DNA of 64,000 nt from Takakia lepidozioides (lineage: Eukaryota; Plantae; Bryophyta), in contig CM060732.1 in NCBI GenBank assembly GCA_030704615.1, forward strand, positions 33,728,001-33,792,000, given 5' to 3'. Each line of letters begins with the position of its first letter. Position 1 is the first letter of the stretch. The notes below the pieces were generated by a model. It was not told the DNA's origin and ran no database searches. It saw only the letters and a program-made list of their open reading frames with translations. This document shows positions 24,873 to 38,479 of this stretch, piece after piece. A program made the position numbers and the translations under genes.

Positions 24873-25767
24873 TGTTAGAGGACTGTCTGGGACTTAGACA
24901 CTTATACGGGATCTGTGGGGTATCCTTAATTTTTGCACAGACTGAGACCAACAGGAGCCTTAGGGGTGACAGCAGCGCACTTTAGAGGGGGGTTACACAG
25001 CCCGTCACAGCCACACAGCCAGTCACAGCCCGACACAGCCCAACACAGTCGCACAGCCAGTCACAGCCCGTCACAGTTTCACACAGCCAGTCATAGCTTG
25101 ACACAGCTGTCACGACCATAAGGAACGGATAGCAGGACAGGGAACGACTGTGAGGAACAACACCTGTGAATGGAACATGTTAGTTCACGGACGACGGTTA
25201 GTAAGGGAAACGGTTAGAACAACGGGTAGGAAGATAAAGCAAGGACTGAAAAAAGATCGATGGGGAAGATCACTTCTGGTGGGGGGACTTCTGGCATCAG
25301 GGCTTGGAAATAGAGGGGAGAGCACATCTCTGAGTGGAAAGATGAAGAGCACGGAGTAGGAGAAGTGACGATCTGTTGTTACTTGATGAATGCAAGCTAT
25401 AGAATTGTAATGTAGAGTAGATTAGAGACACCATGGCTTCAGCCTGATACTTGATAGATATTAATCTGATACATACTTCATACTCACACTGTGTAGAGAG
25501 ATCTGAGTGAAGCTGTGGAATGAATGGATGAGTTGATGGAATCCGATAAATTGATGAAGCAAACTGATACTTAACTATCAATAGTAAGGTAGCTAGCTAA
25601 CATGAATGCGGAAAGGAAAACAAATAGGAAACACCCCCATGATACACTAGCTGTAGGTCATGACTGATTGTTCTGAGCGGGCTGAGTACTTAGAGATTTC
25701 CAACTCTTCTATCTTGGAATTTCCGCCTCGGATAGCGAAGGGATGGGTGAGTAAAAGCCGCGCGACA
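24873..25767 (+). repeat. 5' LTR of G1 (TGTTAGAGG...GCCGCGCGACA)
   Basis: TG..CA ends shared with 41085-42128, 43121-44232 and 57846-58824; contains a CACAGCC-type array. Confidence 0.88.
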
Positions 25768-26348
25768 TTTGGCGACCATACTGGGGAACTGGGTCATGAA
25801 CAACCAGATGTGACATGCATCTGGTGGGATCATGGTGGTTGGAAAATTAAAGAATTTGATGTGAATCAAATTCCTTGTGAAACTGAGAAGGAAAGATTGT
25901 CCAAACGATTCTTCCAAAGGTTTTTGGAATTGCCAGACGGTTGTAAGGAAAACATTCTTAAGAGAGTGCATGATACTGACTCTGAGTGGGGTCTGGAGAA
26001 AGGAGTGATAAAGATTTATCAGGTGGCCTGTAGAGAAGAGCACGCTGGTTACCAACATTGGTATATGTGATAGCATTGCTATCCATTAAGCGAGTAGAAT
26101 TTGAAGGCTGGGAGGAAAGAAAAGTGAATGTTTATACTCATATGCATGAAGAGCTTGTACTGGTAAAGAATTGGATTCCAAGGGATATTTTGTGGATCAA
26201 ACTCACACCAAGAACAGCTTTCCAGACTTGTTTGTCATATGGTTATATGGTAACGGAGAGTATAGCCAAGGGTGCATTGAAGCTTGAAAGAAACCCAGGC
26301 ATATACGAGAGATATTACAGAAGAGAGTTTTGGTTATTGCCACATTAA
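25660..26348 (+). pseudogene. Extra ORF upstream of gag, function unknown (frameshift near 26035)
   Basis: ORFs 25660-26070 and 26058-26348 read as one frame in the copy at 58717-59288. Confidence 0.55.
25770..25787 (+). promoter_or_regulatory. Primer binding site TGGCGACCATACTGGGGA (probably tRNA-Arg type)
   Basis: Starts with TGG 2 nt after the LTR; the same site follows the LTR ending at 58824 and flanks 41085. tRNA identity is an inference. Confidence 0.7.
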
Positions 26349-26370
26349 AAAGAAATGAAAGACATGGGAC

Positions 26371-29300
26371 ATGAGTGATGAAAGAGAAGCTAGACGCCAG
26401 AGATATTCAGCAAAAAGAGAAAGCTATTTGAAAGCTAATTATCCATATCTTTGGGAGAGAGGAATAGACATAGGGGAATCATCTGGACCTCTCACACCAT
26501 TAAGATCAGAGAGTACATCACCCATACCAGAAGAACTAGAGTTGGATGCCACTCCTTCTGTTTCTTTGCAAGAAAGATTAAGGGAATTGGTACGGGAAGA
26601 AGATCAATCACGAGGTGAAAGATCTGAGGTACATCCCTGGATAAAAGATTTGACAGAAATCTTTGATAAGAGTTGGCATGGAACACCAAAAGCAGGAACT
26701 CCAGTTTCTGAAGCAGAAGGTGAAGGAGGAGGAGAGGATGTGGCAGAGCCAACGGAGAGTTCAGACTCTCCAACACCATTGCAATTAAGTTACATGAGTG
26801 AAGAAGAAACCCAAGGACAGAACTTGGAGGATGAAAACAGAGAGAAGAAATTGGAAGAGGAAGAGTATGAAGAAGTAGACCCAACAGCTGAGGTTGAGAC
26901 TACAACCAGGACATCCCAACCCGTTGGACCTGGATCAAGTGGAGCACTTGGATCACAGGCCAACGAAGGTGTCGGCTCAGGGGGATCAGGCGGGCTGCCT
27001 GGATCTGGCTCTGGGGGGACAGAGAGTGTGGGAAGTAGTGCAACTGGAGCTGGGAATACTGTGAATATCGTGGGGCCAGTAGCAGGGAGTGCTCAGGGGC
27101 CACCACTTGGTGGAAGATCCACCACAAAAACAACAGGTCCAGAAGGACCAGCACCAGCAAGGGTGCCAGCACCTGTCAGTGGGCAGAAGGTAGGGCCACA
27201 AATGGCGTTACAACCAACATGGGCAAAACCACCTTTTCCAATATATTCAGGAAAAGGGGATCCCGATGTACACATTAGCCAATTTGAGCACATGTGTATA
27301 GTGAACAATGAGAATGGCGATGATGCCAAGATGAGATTGTTTCCTTGTTCACTTATCAAGAAAGCAACTGAATGGTATGCAAGATTCCCTGATAATCATT
27401 TCCTAACCTGGAATGGCTTGAATACAGCATTCCGAAATAGGTTCAGGACAAGTAAAACTGAGGATGAAGTGTATGGAAGTTTACAACAGTTAAAGCAAAA
27501 GAAGCATGAAACTGTTGAGGAGTATATGGAAAAGATGGAATTGATGATGAAAAAGCTGGCTGCAGTACCAGCACTAGATTTACAGAAGACTTGGTTTGTG
27601 AGTGGACTAAGACCAGAGTTGCAAAAGAAAGTGGATATGTTACCCCATAATACAGTGGGGAGACATTTGAAACTGCAAACAGAATTGAGCAATTGGGAAT
27701 GCTCAGGAGAGAGAAAAGGGATGATGAGGACTCTGAGGATGAGTCAGATGAAGAAGAAGAGCAAGAACTGAAAAGGAAGAGTAAGAGAAAGGAGAAGTTG
27801 AAGAGGATAACTATGAGAAAAGATTGGAAGAAATCTTGAAGAAGTATGCCACAGAGGCTGCAACACATTGGAGGAAGGGTGTATGGTGTGCAAAGTGCCA
27901 GAATGAAGGCCATACCACCACAGAATGCCACATGAAGGAGAAACACTGTACTATCTGTAAAATGGATAACCATTCTACTGAGAATTGTTACTACAACAGA
28001 AGGACAGTTGCAAGAGAACCTAGGCAAGTAAGGGTGCATCAGGTGCAGCCCCAGCCAAGAAGAAACAATGATCAGGACCACTATGGTAGGTCTGGTGGTT
28101 ATAACAATGGCATGGAAGGGAGAGGAAATTCAAGAGGGAATTACCAAGGAAATTCCAGAGGCAACTATCAGGGTAATCCAAGGGGGAATTACCAGCCCGG
28201 GAATCAGGATTACAGAAATAATCCAAGAGTAGACCAAGGGCGAGGACCCAATGGTGAAGAACTATGTTACTATTGTAATCAGCCAGGACATCGCAAGGCA
28301 GCCTGTTCATTCTGGATTAGACACCAGAATGAGATGAGAGCTCCTGTGAATGAGGGCCAAGTGGTGGCAGCTCACATGGTTAGGCCATGTGTTGTACCAG
28401 AAGTGAGTACAATGATAGTAACCAGAAGCAAAACCAAATTAATACCTCCAGTAGTTGAGGAAGATGATGATAATGAAGGTGGCAGTGATATGCCTGAAGA
28501 TGAAGAGACTTGGAAAGATGAGAAGGAACTGCACAAGGAAGTGGCAGATACCATAAGAGAAATGCAGAAGAACACTGATATTCCTGTGGCAGATTCCTCT
28601 GATTCTGATGGAGAAGAAGAAGTGAGTGAGGATGAAAGGAAGAAAGAAGATGCAGACATGCAAAGTAATGAAGAGACTTTGGCTGAAGTAATATGCCAGA
28701 CCAAAGCAGAGATTACCATTGGACAGCTATTGGCTGTGGCACCTTATTGTAGGCACAGGCTGTATCAAGCAATCAATCGAATTGCCTAGGAGACAGGAAA
28801 CACAGACCTGAACAGCAAGGTGACCAGTTATAATGTGAAGCCGGAAGGGCGAGAAACAGGACTTTGATGATTCTATGCCAGTAATCCAATTGAGAATTGG
28901 AAGCACAGAACTAACTGATGTACTGATAGATGGAGGTTCTGGAGTAAATATCATGACAGACCAATTAAGAAAGAAGCTTGGTCTAAGTAACATGAAACCA
29001 GCCCCATTTACAGTAACAATGGCAGATCAAAGAAGTGTATAGCCATTGGGATTAATAAGAGGAGTTAAGATACAGATACAGAAGATGATCTTTATGATCA
29101 TAGTAACTGTGTTGAAGATGGATGAAGTCATGGAGGCTTACTCCTTATTATTGGGACGTCCGTGGCTGAAACAGGCCAGGGTATTCCATGATTGGAATTC
29201 TCAGTTACTAACCGTGCATAATGGGATACACGAGATACAAATTACCACAAAGAAATCTAGTAGATTACCTGCTACGAGAAGACCTCGAGGGGTCAGAGAG

Positions 29301-29498
29301 TATGACTGGAGAGGAGGACTGGATGAGGAGCAAGACGCTACCTTGTTTGCAGCACACCCAGAGTGGGAGCAGGTTGCAGAGATGCGGCTGGAAAGCCTAA
29401 GTTGTTTAAGAGGTATCTGCTGTGGTGTAGTGACAGCAACACCAACTGAAGAGGAAATCAGCAGTTACCCATCACATTTCTATGAAGAAAGAGAATGA
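26371..29498 (+). pseudogene. gag: gag-protease region of G1 (frameshifted)
   Basis: DPDVHISQFEHMC..RLFPCSL..WY capsid-like segment; CAKCQNEGHTTTEC, CTICKMDNHSTENC and CYYCNQPGHRKAAC knuckles; protease near 28915. Confidence 0.85.
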
Positions 29499-29501
29499 GA
29501 A

Positions 29502-31855
29502 ATGGAAATCCTAGAGGAACCAGCCACTGTGAGCTTACAGGATGAAGTGGTGACTGGTTGGACAATCACAGCTGATGAGCAGGTGATGGAAGTGAATGTG
29601 GGAACTAAAGAGGAACTGAGGATGGTGAAAGTAGGAGCTGATTTGGAGCCAGAATTCTTTGAAGAAGCTAAGAGCTTGTTCATCAAATACAGAGATGTAT
29701 TTGCTTGGAACTATGAGGATCTAAAAGGGATACCACCTGAAGTCTGTCAGCATAAGATTGAACTGGAACCAGGGTCAGTACCAATCAAGCAGGCGAGGTA
29801 CAGAATGAATCCCAACTACGCACAAAAGGTTGGAGAAGAGATCAAGAAGTTGGCTGAGGCTAAGTTTATATACCCAATAGAGTATACAACTTGGTTGTCA
29901 CCCATTGTTATAGATCCCAAGAAGAATGGTAAACTAAGAGTATGTGTGAACTACAAGAAGCTGAATGCTTGTACGAAGAAAGATCCTTTCCCTTTGCCAT
30001 TCACAGAAGCAGTATTGGACACTGTGGCAGGCCATGAGATGTACTCATTCATGGATGGCTTCAGTGGTTATATTCAAGTGCAAGTGGCAGAAGAAGATCA
30101 AGGAAAGACAGCTTTCATCACAGATTGGGGTGCTTATGCATACAAAGTCATGCCCTTTGGACTTTGTAATGCACCAGCAACCTTTCAGAGAGTAATAAGT
30201 GAATCTTTTCATGAGTATCTGGATGATTTCATGCAGGTGTTCTTGGATGATTTCAGTGTATACAGCTCTAAGAATGAGCACTTGCATAAATTGGAGTTAT
30301 GTCTGGCCAGATGCAGGATGAGAGGTCTGGGCCTGAATCCAGAGAAGTGTACTTTCTGTGTGAACTCGGGGGTGCTTCTGGAACACATTGTGTGTAAGAA
30401 GGGACTTCTTGTGGATCCCCGGAAGACAGAGGCCATTAAAGCCTCTCCACCACCAATGAATGTTAAGAGTTTAAGGAGATCCCTTGGGCAAACCAGTTAT
30501 TACAGAAGATTTGTCAAAAGGTATGCACAAATAGCAGCACCATTGAGCAAGCTTCTGAAGAAAGATGCAGTGTTTGCCTGGACAGCTGAATGTCAACACG
30601 CGTTTGAGGAACTTACACTGTCAGTAACAACTACACCTGTGCTGATTAACCCTCACTGGCATGTAGTATTTCATGTTCACTGTGATGCATCAGGAGAAGC
30701 GTTGGGAGCGGTGTTAGCCCAGAATGTTACAGAAAATATAGATTCACCTGTGTACTATGCTAGCAGGTTGATGAACAGTGCTGAAAGTAACTATAGCACA
30801 ACTGAAAGAGAAGCACTGGCAATGATTTATGCAGTCAAGAAATTCAGGCATTACCTATTGGGAAGAAAGTTTATGTTTTATGTGGATCACCAGGCTCTGA
30901 TATATCTGGTGAGCAAACCTTTGATAAGTGGAAGGATAGCGAGGTGGTTAATAATCTTGCATGAGTTTGAGTTCGAAGTTGTTTACAAGCCTGGCCGTTT
31001 GCATCTTGTGGCAGATCATTTGTCACAGGCCGCCACAGGAATGGACGATCAGTTATCTGATGCGAGTTTATTTGTAATGGAGGTGCAAGGAAGTGCAGAT
31101 GAATGGTTAGATTGGCAGTGGCCAATCAGATACTACCTTACTCATGGTCAATGCCCACCTAGTTATGGTAAGGAGCAGAGGAAGAGAATCGCTATCAAAG
31201 CTTTACCTTATACTATGGTAGGAAGCAGAATGTATAAGCTAGGACCTGGTGGAGTACTAAAACGATGCTTGTACCACCATGAAGTAAATAAAGTTTTGGA
31301 GGAAGTTCATAAAGGAGTGGCTGGAGGTCATTTTGGAGAAGAGACTACCAGTAGAAAGATACTACTCGCATGTTACTGGTGGCCTACTTTATTCAAAGAT
31401 GTACACAAGTATTGTCAAAGTTGTGATGAATGTCAGAGGCTAGTACCTTTGCAAAGATCTGGAAGGATGGCCTTGCATCCTCCAATGCCTACAGAACCAT
31501 TTCAGAAATGGGGACTAGACTTTGTTGGACCAATTAACCCACCAGCCAAGAATACACGGAACAGGTACATAATTACAGCCACGGATTATACTACGAAGTG
31601 GGTGGAAGCTAAAGCTTTGAGGGACAACACAGCCAACTCCACAGCAAGGTTCCTGTATGAGAACATACTTACACGATTTGGCTGTCCTTTAGAATTTATC
31701 AGTGATCAGGGAAGTCACTTCATTAATGAGACCATTGAATTATTGACTAAAGAATTCATGATTGTGCATAGGAAGAGTACAACATATTACCCACAGGGTA
31801 ATGGACAGGCAGAGGCTACCAACAAAATACTATGTACTATCTTGGCTAAGATAGT
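29502..31855 (+). pseudogene. pol: pol (RT, RNase H, partial integrase) of G1
   Basis: LRVCVNYKKLN, MPFGLCNAPATFQR, FLDDF, HCDASG, GGHFG..CDECQR, WGLDFVGP, SDQGSHF. Confidence 0.92.
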
Positions 31856-32168
31856 TTGTGGATGGTGTGGGCAGCGACTGATTCGGAAAGGGAATGGGCA
31901 TTCCCACAGCTCGGTATAGGATGGTGTCTGATGGGGGTTCGTGCCATTCGATTCCGCAACCTCCGTCGTTACCTAGCACGACAATGGTCTCGTCAACCTG
32001 TCCAGGAACATCCTTCCTTTCTTCTTCCAAATAAACTGTGCCCGGTTTGAGCTTGAATTTAGAACAAAGGTAAGTTTCGGTCACTCTGCAAAGTCCTCCC
32101 TCGTTTGGGATCCAGGCTCTCCCAAGTTGCGGAGGACAGCAAACTATAGCGTAGGAATTCGGAGCCAT
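31856..32168 (-). pseudogene. N-terminus of the element C transposase
   Basis: MAPNSYAIVCCPP..YLCSKFKLKPGTVYLEEERKD..EPPSDTILYRAVG, homologous to 437-1. Confidence 0.75.
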
Positions 32169-32589
32169 CGAACACCGCACGAAGTTGGCAAGTGCGAGGT
32201 TCAGTATAGCGACAGACGAAGGCTCACAGGCACCATGCGGAGTCCATCGACGATTGGAAGTCGCACATTGAAGTGGAAAGTATAGTTTCAAGCTACATGC
32301 ATGAAGGTGGGACGTGTGATTCCATAGCCAGTAAGTTAGACAATGATGGCCCAATCTGCGACGAAATAATATCTCCTGATAGTTTCTCCTGAGGGTGGAT
32401 CCAGCAGTATTCTCGGTACAGACAGGAGCATTCGCACTGACAAGTGCCAGGACTGTTAATTAAAACGGTCAGACAACCTAGTTGTGCTCATCAAGACTGG
32501 CCGCAATTCTGTTGTTTCGGAACAATGCAACCCATTCAGGTTCAGCATGCGAAAATGAGGTTTCAGATTTCTGTCTGGAGTGATTCTTT

Positions 32590-33860
32590 CGATTGCTGTT
32601 GCACGCAAATACGGCGCCGTATTTCCGTATTGCATCTTGGTCATGCACCAGAGCGACGGAAATGCGGCACCGAGTTTCCGTCCGGGGGAAACCTTTACAC
32701 TCTCCAGAACGGAAATGCGGTAACGCATTTCCATCCAGCAAGCATGGTATGTGAAGGTGGAACGGAAATGCGGTACCGCATTTCCGTTCTGATTGAGAAT
32801 CATGAACAAAGGGAACAGAAATGCGGCACCGCATTTCCGCCCGGGCGAGACCTTCATACTCTCCAGAACGGAAATGCGGTAACGCATTTCCATCCAGCAA
32901 GCACGGTATGTGAAGGTGGAACGGAAATGCGGTACCGCATTTCCGTTCTGATTGAGAATTATGAACAACGGGAACAGAAATGCGGCACCGCATTTCCGTC
33001 CGAGTGGCACTTTTCGACATTCCAGAACGGAAATGCGGCGCCGCATTTCCGTTTTGTATCTGATGCATGGAGCCCAGTGCAATTCCGATCGCTTGAGACA
33101 GCGCAATTCCGACCGCTTCAGACATTCATACTATCCAAAATGGAAATGCGGTACCACATTTCCGTTCTGACTGTAAATCGTGAACCATCGAAACTGAAAT
33201 GTGGCAGCGCATTTCCATCCGAGTCGCACCTCCCTCACAAGCTAGAACGGAAATGCGGCACCGCATTTCCGCCCGGGTGAGACCTTCATACTCTCCAGAA
33301 CGGAAATGCGGTACCGCATTCCGTTCTGATATGTGGGACGGAAATGCGGGGCCGCATTTCCATCCATGTGAGACCTTCAAACTTTCCAGACCGGAAATGC
33401 GGCACGGCATTTCCGTTCAGCTGAGACCTCTATACTTTTCCGAACGGAAATGTGGCACGATATTTCCGTTCATCAACTAAGGTATGTGAAGGGGGAACGG
33501 AAATGCGGTACCGCATTTCCTTTTAGATTGAAAATTATGAACCACGGGAACTGAAATGTTGTGCCGCATTTCCGTCCGGATCGCACTTTTCGACATTCCT
33601 GAACGGAAATGCGGCGCCGCATTTCCCTTTTGTATCTCATACATGGAGCTATGGGACGGAAATGCGGCACCGTATTTCCGTTCAACAACTAAGGTATGTG
33701 AAGGTGGAACGGAAATGCGGTGCCGCATTTTCTTCCAACAAGCACGGATGTGTAGCTTCGTGATGGTACTTAACGGAAATGCGGCGCCGCATTCGCATTT
33801 TCACACCAACTCCAAATTTGAACACGTGGAGCATCGGAATTGCGGCACATGTCTGCACTC
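32590..33860. repeat. Array of GGAAATGCGG(C/T)(G/A)CCGCATTTCC palindromes
   Basis: More than 20 copies spaced roughly 50-55 bp apart, with ~160-bp higher-order repeats (e.g. 32700 versus 32860). Confidence 0.9.
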
Positions 33861-34398
33861 TATCTGACTGAAGTAGCATGAGGCGGCGCGGCCTGACCGT
33901 TGGATAATGATGTTTGTTTTTCGGACGGCAGGCGTATCCTGAACGATTCGAATTTCGTAATGACGCAAAGTCCACGAGGAGACACTTTCCTCCAACCCTT
34001 TCGAACCCAAGTGCTGCATCACCGCCGTTTCATCTGCTTTTGTCGTGTCTCCTCAGTCACCCCTCTCGCGCCCTTTCCATCTGCACTCTTCGCCCCTTTT
34101 CCCTGTTTCTGTTCTTCTTATGCTCGAACCTGAGAGGGAGGGAGTGCGTGCACCAGAGAAGAGACATCGTCGGAAGCTCCGAAAATTGTACTTCGGACGT
34201 AGGCCAATGCCGAAGGGGAGAAAGCAGATGCGTCTATAGGAGGAGATTGCCATCTCGCAGCATCAGGCCACGCAGGCAACCCAGCCACCAGTGAGAGCTC
34301 CGTGCTATCGGGATTCGCCAGCTGATCGAGCACCGAAACCCGCCTCATTTTTCTTCTGCAATTCTTAGACTGTATGCTAGGAGACTTGACTGCAGAAG

Positions 34399-37300
34399 AT
34401 GTTTGCATGCCTAACCGGAAAGGTGGACGTGCTGGAGGGATCGCAGGAATCCAAAGAGCCGCAGGCAGAGTCCGTGGAGCTAGCTGCAGCACGCACACCC
34501 AGCCGATCCACGAGCACGGGTCTTCCTGCCGGTCCTAGCCCTGTGCGTTTCAAGGACGCGGCTTCCAAGGGCAAGTCCTTGCAGTTCAAAGCCCCAGAGA
34601 GCGACTCGCCTTCAAAGGTCATGGAGAATTGCCAGCAGGGGTCTAGCCCTTCTCCAGCAAAGACGAAGAAGAAGCAGCCCGTCCTTCAACTTGTTTCTGA
34701 ACCGGACCTGGCCGTTTCCCCCCCCCCCCAGGCGAATGAAGCAGATTCAATTGCAGCAGACACCTTCACCTGCAAGAATGAGGAAGCACAAGGCAATCAG
34801 GGGGAGGGCGGAGCAGTCTCCAAAACTGATTCCACGAGCTGAAGCCCAGTTCCTGCTTGATTTCCAACCTACTACAGCGAAGCCAATGGGATCAATCGGA
34901 GATCTGGTACCGGAGGAGGGTGCTGCCTCTCAACGTTCTCAGCAAGACCTGACCACAGTTGAGGAAGACCTGACCACGGAAGGCCTGGAGGAGGCCTCTG
35001 CAATTGCAGAATTGTCCGCAAAGATTCCCCATAGTGCAGCTCCAGGTGGGGATGCTCAAGCTGCTCAGCCCCTGCCGCCACCAGCAGAAATGTCTCCGGA
35101 GGAATTCCAAAGTGCAGCGGATACAATGTTGGAGGAGACACATAGTAGCATTGGCAGAGTTCTGGGTAGCAGGGTATTCCAGCGGACTCTTCGAATCCCA
35201 CTCTGTCGCATGGTCTCCCTTCCCATCGTCAGGCAGGCACTTCCCGGAGATGTGGATAAGCTCAAGTTCGCATTTCGAGAAGGGTACCGTCTAGGTTCGC
35301 CAGCCTTCTACGTTTCCCTTGAGAATGAGGACGGCGAATCTCGTGGACCCACTGCGGAGGAATTGTCAACATGGGATACCACTGGCACACTCGCAACGAC
35401 GAATTCGAGGCAACACTGAAGGGTGATCCCGACTTCGGCCATATGTCGGGTAAAATGTTCTTTGTGTGGGACGGGAATCACCGACTTCTCGCTTGGTGGG
35501 AGTACATCAAGCAGAACCATGCCAAGCACATTGGCTGGCATTACATGGTGGAGTGTGTCATCCTCAAGGTGAAGGCGGCGGACTCCTCCCTGCTCAAGAA
35601 TGCCATGGCGGACCTCAACTCGTAAGATACTCATACCCTCCCATGCACGTTTGAAATGCGGTGCCGCATTCGGTTTCCAATTTTGTTTCCGTGCTTTCGT
35701 GGACTGAACTGAAGAGTGTGCCTTGCAGGGTCACTGAAAATGCGTACGTGCATACCCACATGGCACATATGCTGTACAGGGTGAGGAAAACTGGTCTCAC
35801 TGATCTGCACATGTTCGCGGAAATGTTGGAGCCCGAGCTCATTCAGAAAGCCGTGGCAAAAACTGACCGGACATGGTATCGTCTCACTATGGATGGAATG
35901 GTGGAGGTATATACGAAGTAAGTCGTCCTCCCATTTCCCTCTGCTCATCCTTCCTCAATTTCCGGTAATCTTTCCACATGAATCGAATGTAATGCTTCTG
36001 CATGTTTTTGTTGGCAGTCAAACATCAAGCTGGATTTGGCCCATGCCAAACGCTTCTTCATGGAAAGTGAGGGGCAGGTCAAAACGTTGCAGTCATTGAC
36101 TGAGCACTTGAAGGAAGCCGGGGTCAAGTCCAGAACAAAATACAAGTCAAAGCTTGTGAAGCTGGTGGCCATTGCAGATCCGGCACTTGGAAAGGACTTC
36201 ATCCCCGAGATTGCAAAACACTATTCTCGGGCCATGCAGCCAACCATGCAGTTGGAGAAACTGCATCACCTCTCAACGGCATGTGTTGAAGCGAAAGAGA
36301 AGGTGATGTTTCAATTCACTGAAGTTCCTTCCTAGCAATAGCCACTCTTCTTCCTGCTCCTGACATTGGATCGGAAATGGCAGACACGGTGGCTGTCGAT
36401 CTGGAATGCATCGGAGAGTATAAGGACAATGTGGTCTTTTCCACTCAAAGTTTCCGACCCTGCAGTGGATATGTGGCTCAACCGCATGACTTGGTGGTTC
36501 CAGGTAATTCAAGGTACTTCCCCAGATTTGCTTTTCTGAAATGAATTCCCTGAACTGCTACGTGACAATGCATGTGGGAATCGCAGGTAATGACGAATGC
36601 GAAGGAGCAAGTCGTTATGCATACAAATTCGTTCGGCTTGTACGTCAAATGGGATGGAACACAGACATTGGAAGACTACGTGACACGTTTCAGATGTGCT
36701 TACAAGGACAACCTCTTCGCCAGAGAGCTGCAGACAGCAAGAAGGAGCGTGGAGTTTACACATCAGGAGGGAGCGGGAAAAGCTGCAATGCGAATTGTTT
36801 ACAGGTGAAGCCCAGCTGTCCTTGTATGCAAAGCCTGGTAATGAGGTTTGTCTGGGAAATGCGGCACCGCATTCGCATTTTATGTTTTCGGTTGCACTCT
36901 GCAAGTACATCGGTCTCAACTTTTGCTCACGCATGCTGACTGCCCTGTAGGTATAGGAAATACGTGCTTCTTCAGACAGAGGCCCTGGCTCAAGAGCCCC
37001 TGTTCTTCATGGCTTGGACCGTGGCGGGCCCAAACTGTGTCTACACACCCGAGATGCAGAAACAATGGCATGCCGCGCATCTGGTTGGATGCCCGTGGTA
37101 CCTGGACATGTCTGACGGAATTGTTGACGAGTCTGAGAAAGATCTGCACGCAAAAGCAGAAGAGAAGAGAAAGGAAAGACGTGTCCCTGCTCGGCCAGAG
37201 TCGGCAAATGAAGCTGCTGCTCTGGAACAATCCAGAAAGGCAGCTGAAATGGCACAGAAGACGGTGGATGCAGCTGTGCAGGCTCAACAGAAGGGGTCGA

Positions 37301-37788
37301 AGAAGCGAACTCGCCAGCAAGGAGCAGCAGTTGTGACACCCAAGAAAACGAAGAAGCAGAAACAGATAGTGCAGGTAGAGGGTGAGGAAGAGGACTCCGA
37401 TGGAGACTTTGCAACCAGCCCACCCCCCGAGACGGAGCCAAAATCCCCTGTGCCCACCGTTGTCACGAGAGGGACGAGAACTGGCTCAGTAAAGAAGGCA
37501 CTCTTCAACCCCCCGGGGGGGCACCCTTTCGAGCCGGTGGAAATGAAGAGGCCGAAAGTGGATCCCGATACAGTAGTCCAGTGTGTGAATGAGAGTTTCT
37601 TGGCGGCTTTGGATGGACGGGCAGCCAAGTTGGCATACATGAAGACCATGGAGGGTCTGAAGGGCAGAGCACTGAAGAAGGCGGCTGCCGAAGAGCCTTC
37701 CGACACCCCCGGGTTTCTGAAGATGGTCTCGTTCCTTGAGAGGGTGTGTGCAGACAAGGATTGCAGGAGGGGCGGAAATGCCACCGAT
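34399..37788 (+). pseudogene. ParB-MTase family gene, subfamily C, cut before the MTase exons
   Basis: LRIPLCRMVSLPIVR..FFVWDGNHRLLAW; introns at homologous positions; frameshifts near 34720 and 35375; interrupted by a TIR at 37789. Start uncertain. Confidence 0.8.
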
Positions 37789-38479
37789 GAGGTTTACTAT
37801 TTCATGAGCAGAAACCATGAGCCATGAGCCATGAGCCGCATGAGCCGCATGAGCGGTGAGCCGAAGTCTAAGATACGCGGATTTCATGAGCGGACTCCTC
37901 CAAATTTGGAAATGCGGCAGATTAAACAAGAATTAAAATAATAGTTTTTTATTTGACCTTGCCGTTTTTGGACGTTCCAGATCATGTAATGCGGCGAAGA
38001 TATGTCGTCAGTAACAAGTCCGCTCATGGTTTTTTAGATCCGCTCATGGAAATAAGTGACCGTGCAACGGGAAATCCAGTATACCACTGCAAAAGGACGT
38101 CGCATACTGGCCTGTATAGAGTATTCCGCGGTTATACATGCCTTAACATTGGAATGAAGCTGACCCTTTTGCCGCGATTGAACCAATGGAGTCTGCACCA
38201 ATAGAGTCTGAAGTACTTCACAATTCTGTCTTCTTCAGGTATTCGACGGGAAAGGTTTGCAACTGAACTGGGAAATAAGGTGCCGCATTAGGGTTGGCAC
38301 GTGCGAAATTTCGGAGCGGTTTGGTGTTGGCGAAGGCCGCCTCTACCAGTACCTACGACGATACTTGGAAATGCGGCGCCGCATTCCTTTGGGGAGGTCG
38401 AATGAGGAAAGCAAGTTTTCGGAAAGCAGAAAAACATGAACCCTCCAACATACAAAAATACATGCACGTGGAAACAAGT
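37789..38479. mobile_element. Terminus of another family member (GAGGTTTACTATTTCATGAGC + CATGAGC repeats) running into the gap
   Basis: Same 21-mer as the inverted terminus ending at 56063; C-type palindrome at ~38367. Confidence 0.7.

Larger units (their letters stand above)
24873..31855 (+). mobile_element. Ty3/gypsy LTR retrotransposon G1, 3'-truncated within integrase
   Basis: 5' LTR, PBS, gag with Zn knuckles, protease (VLIDGGSGVNIM), then RT-RH-IN order; fused to element C at ~31855. Confidence 0.92.
31856..37788. mobile_element. MULE-like element C (internal fragment): transposase 5' end (-), array, ParB gene (+)
   Basis: Same layout as elements A and B; both ends disrupted. Confidence 0.75.
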
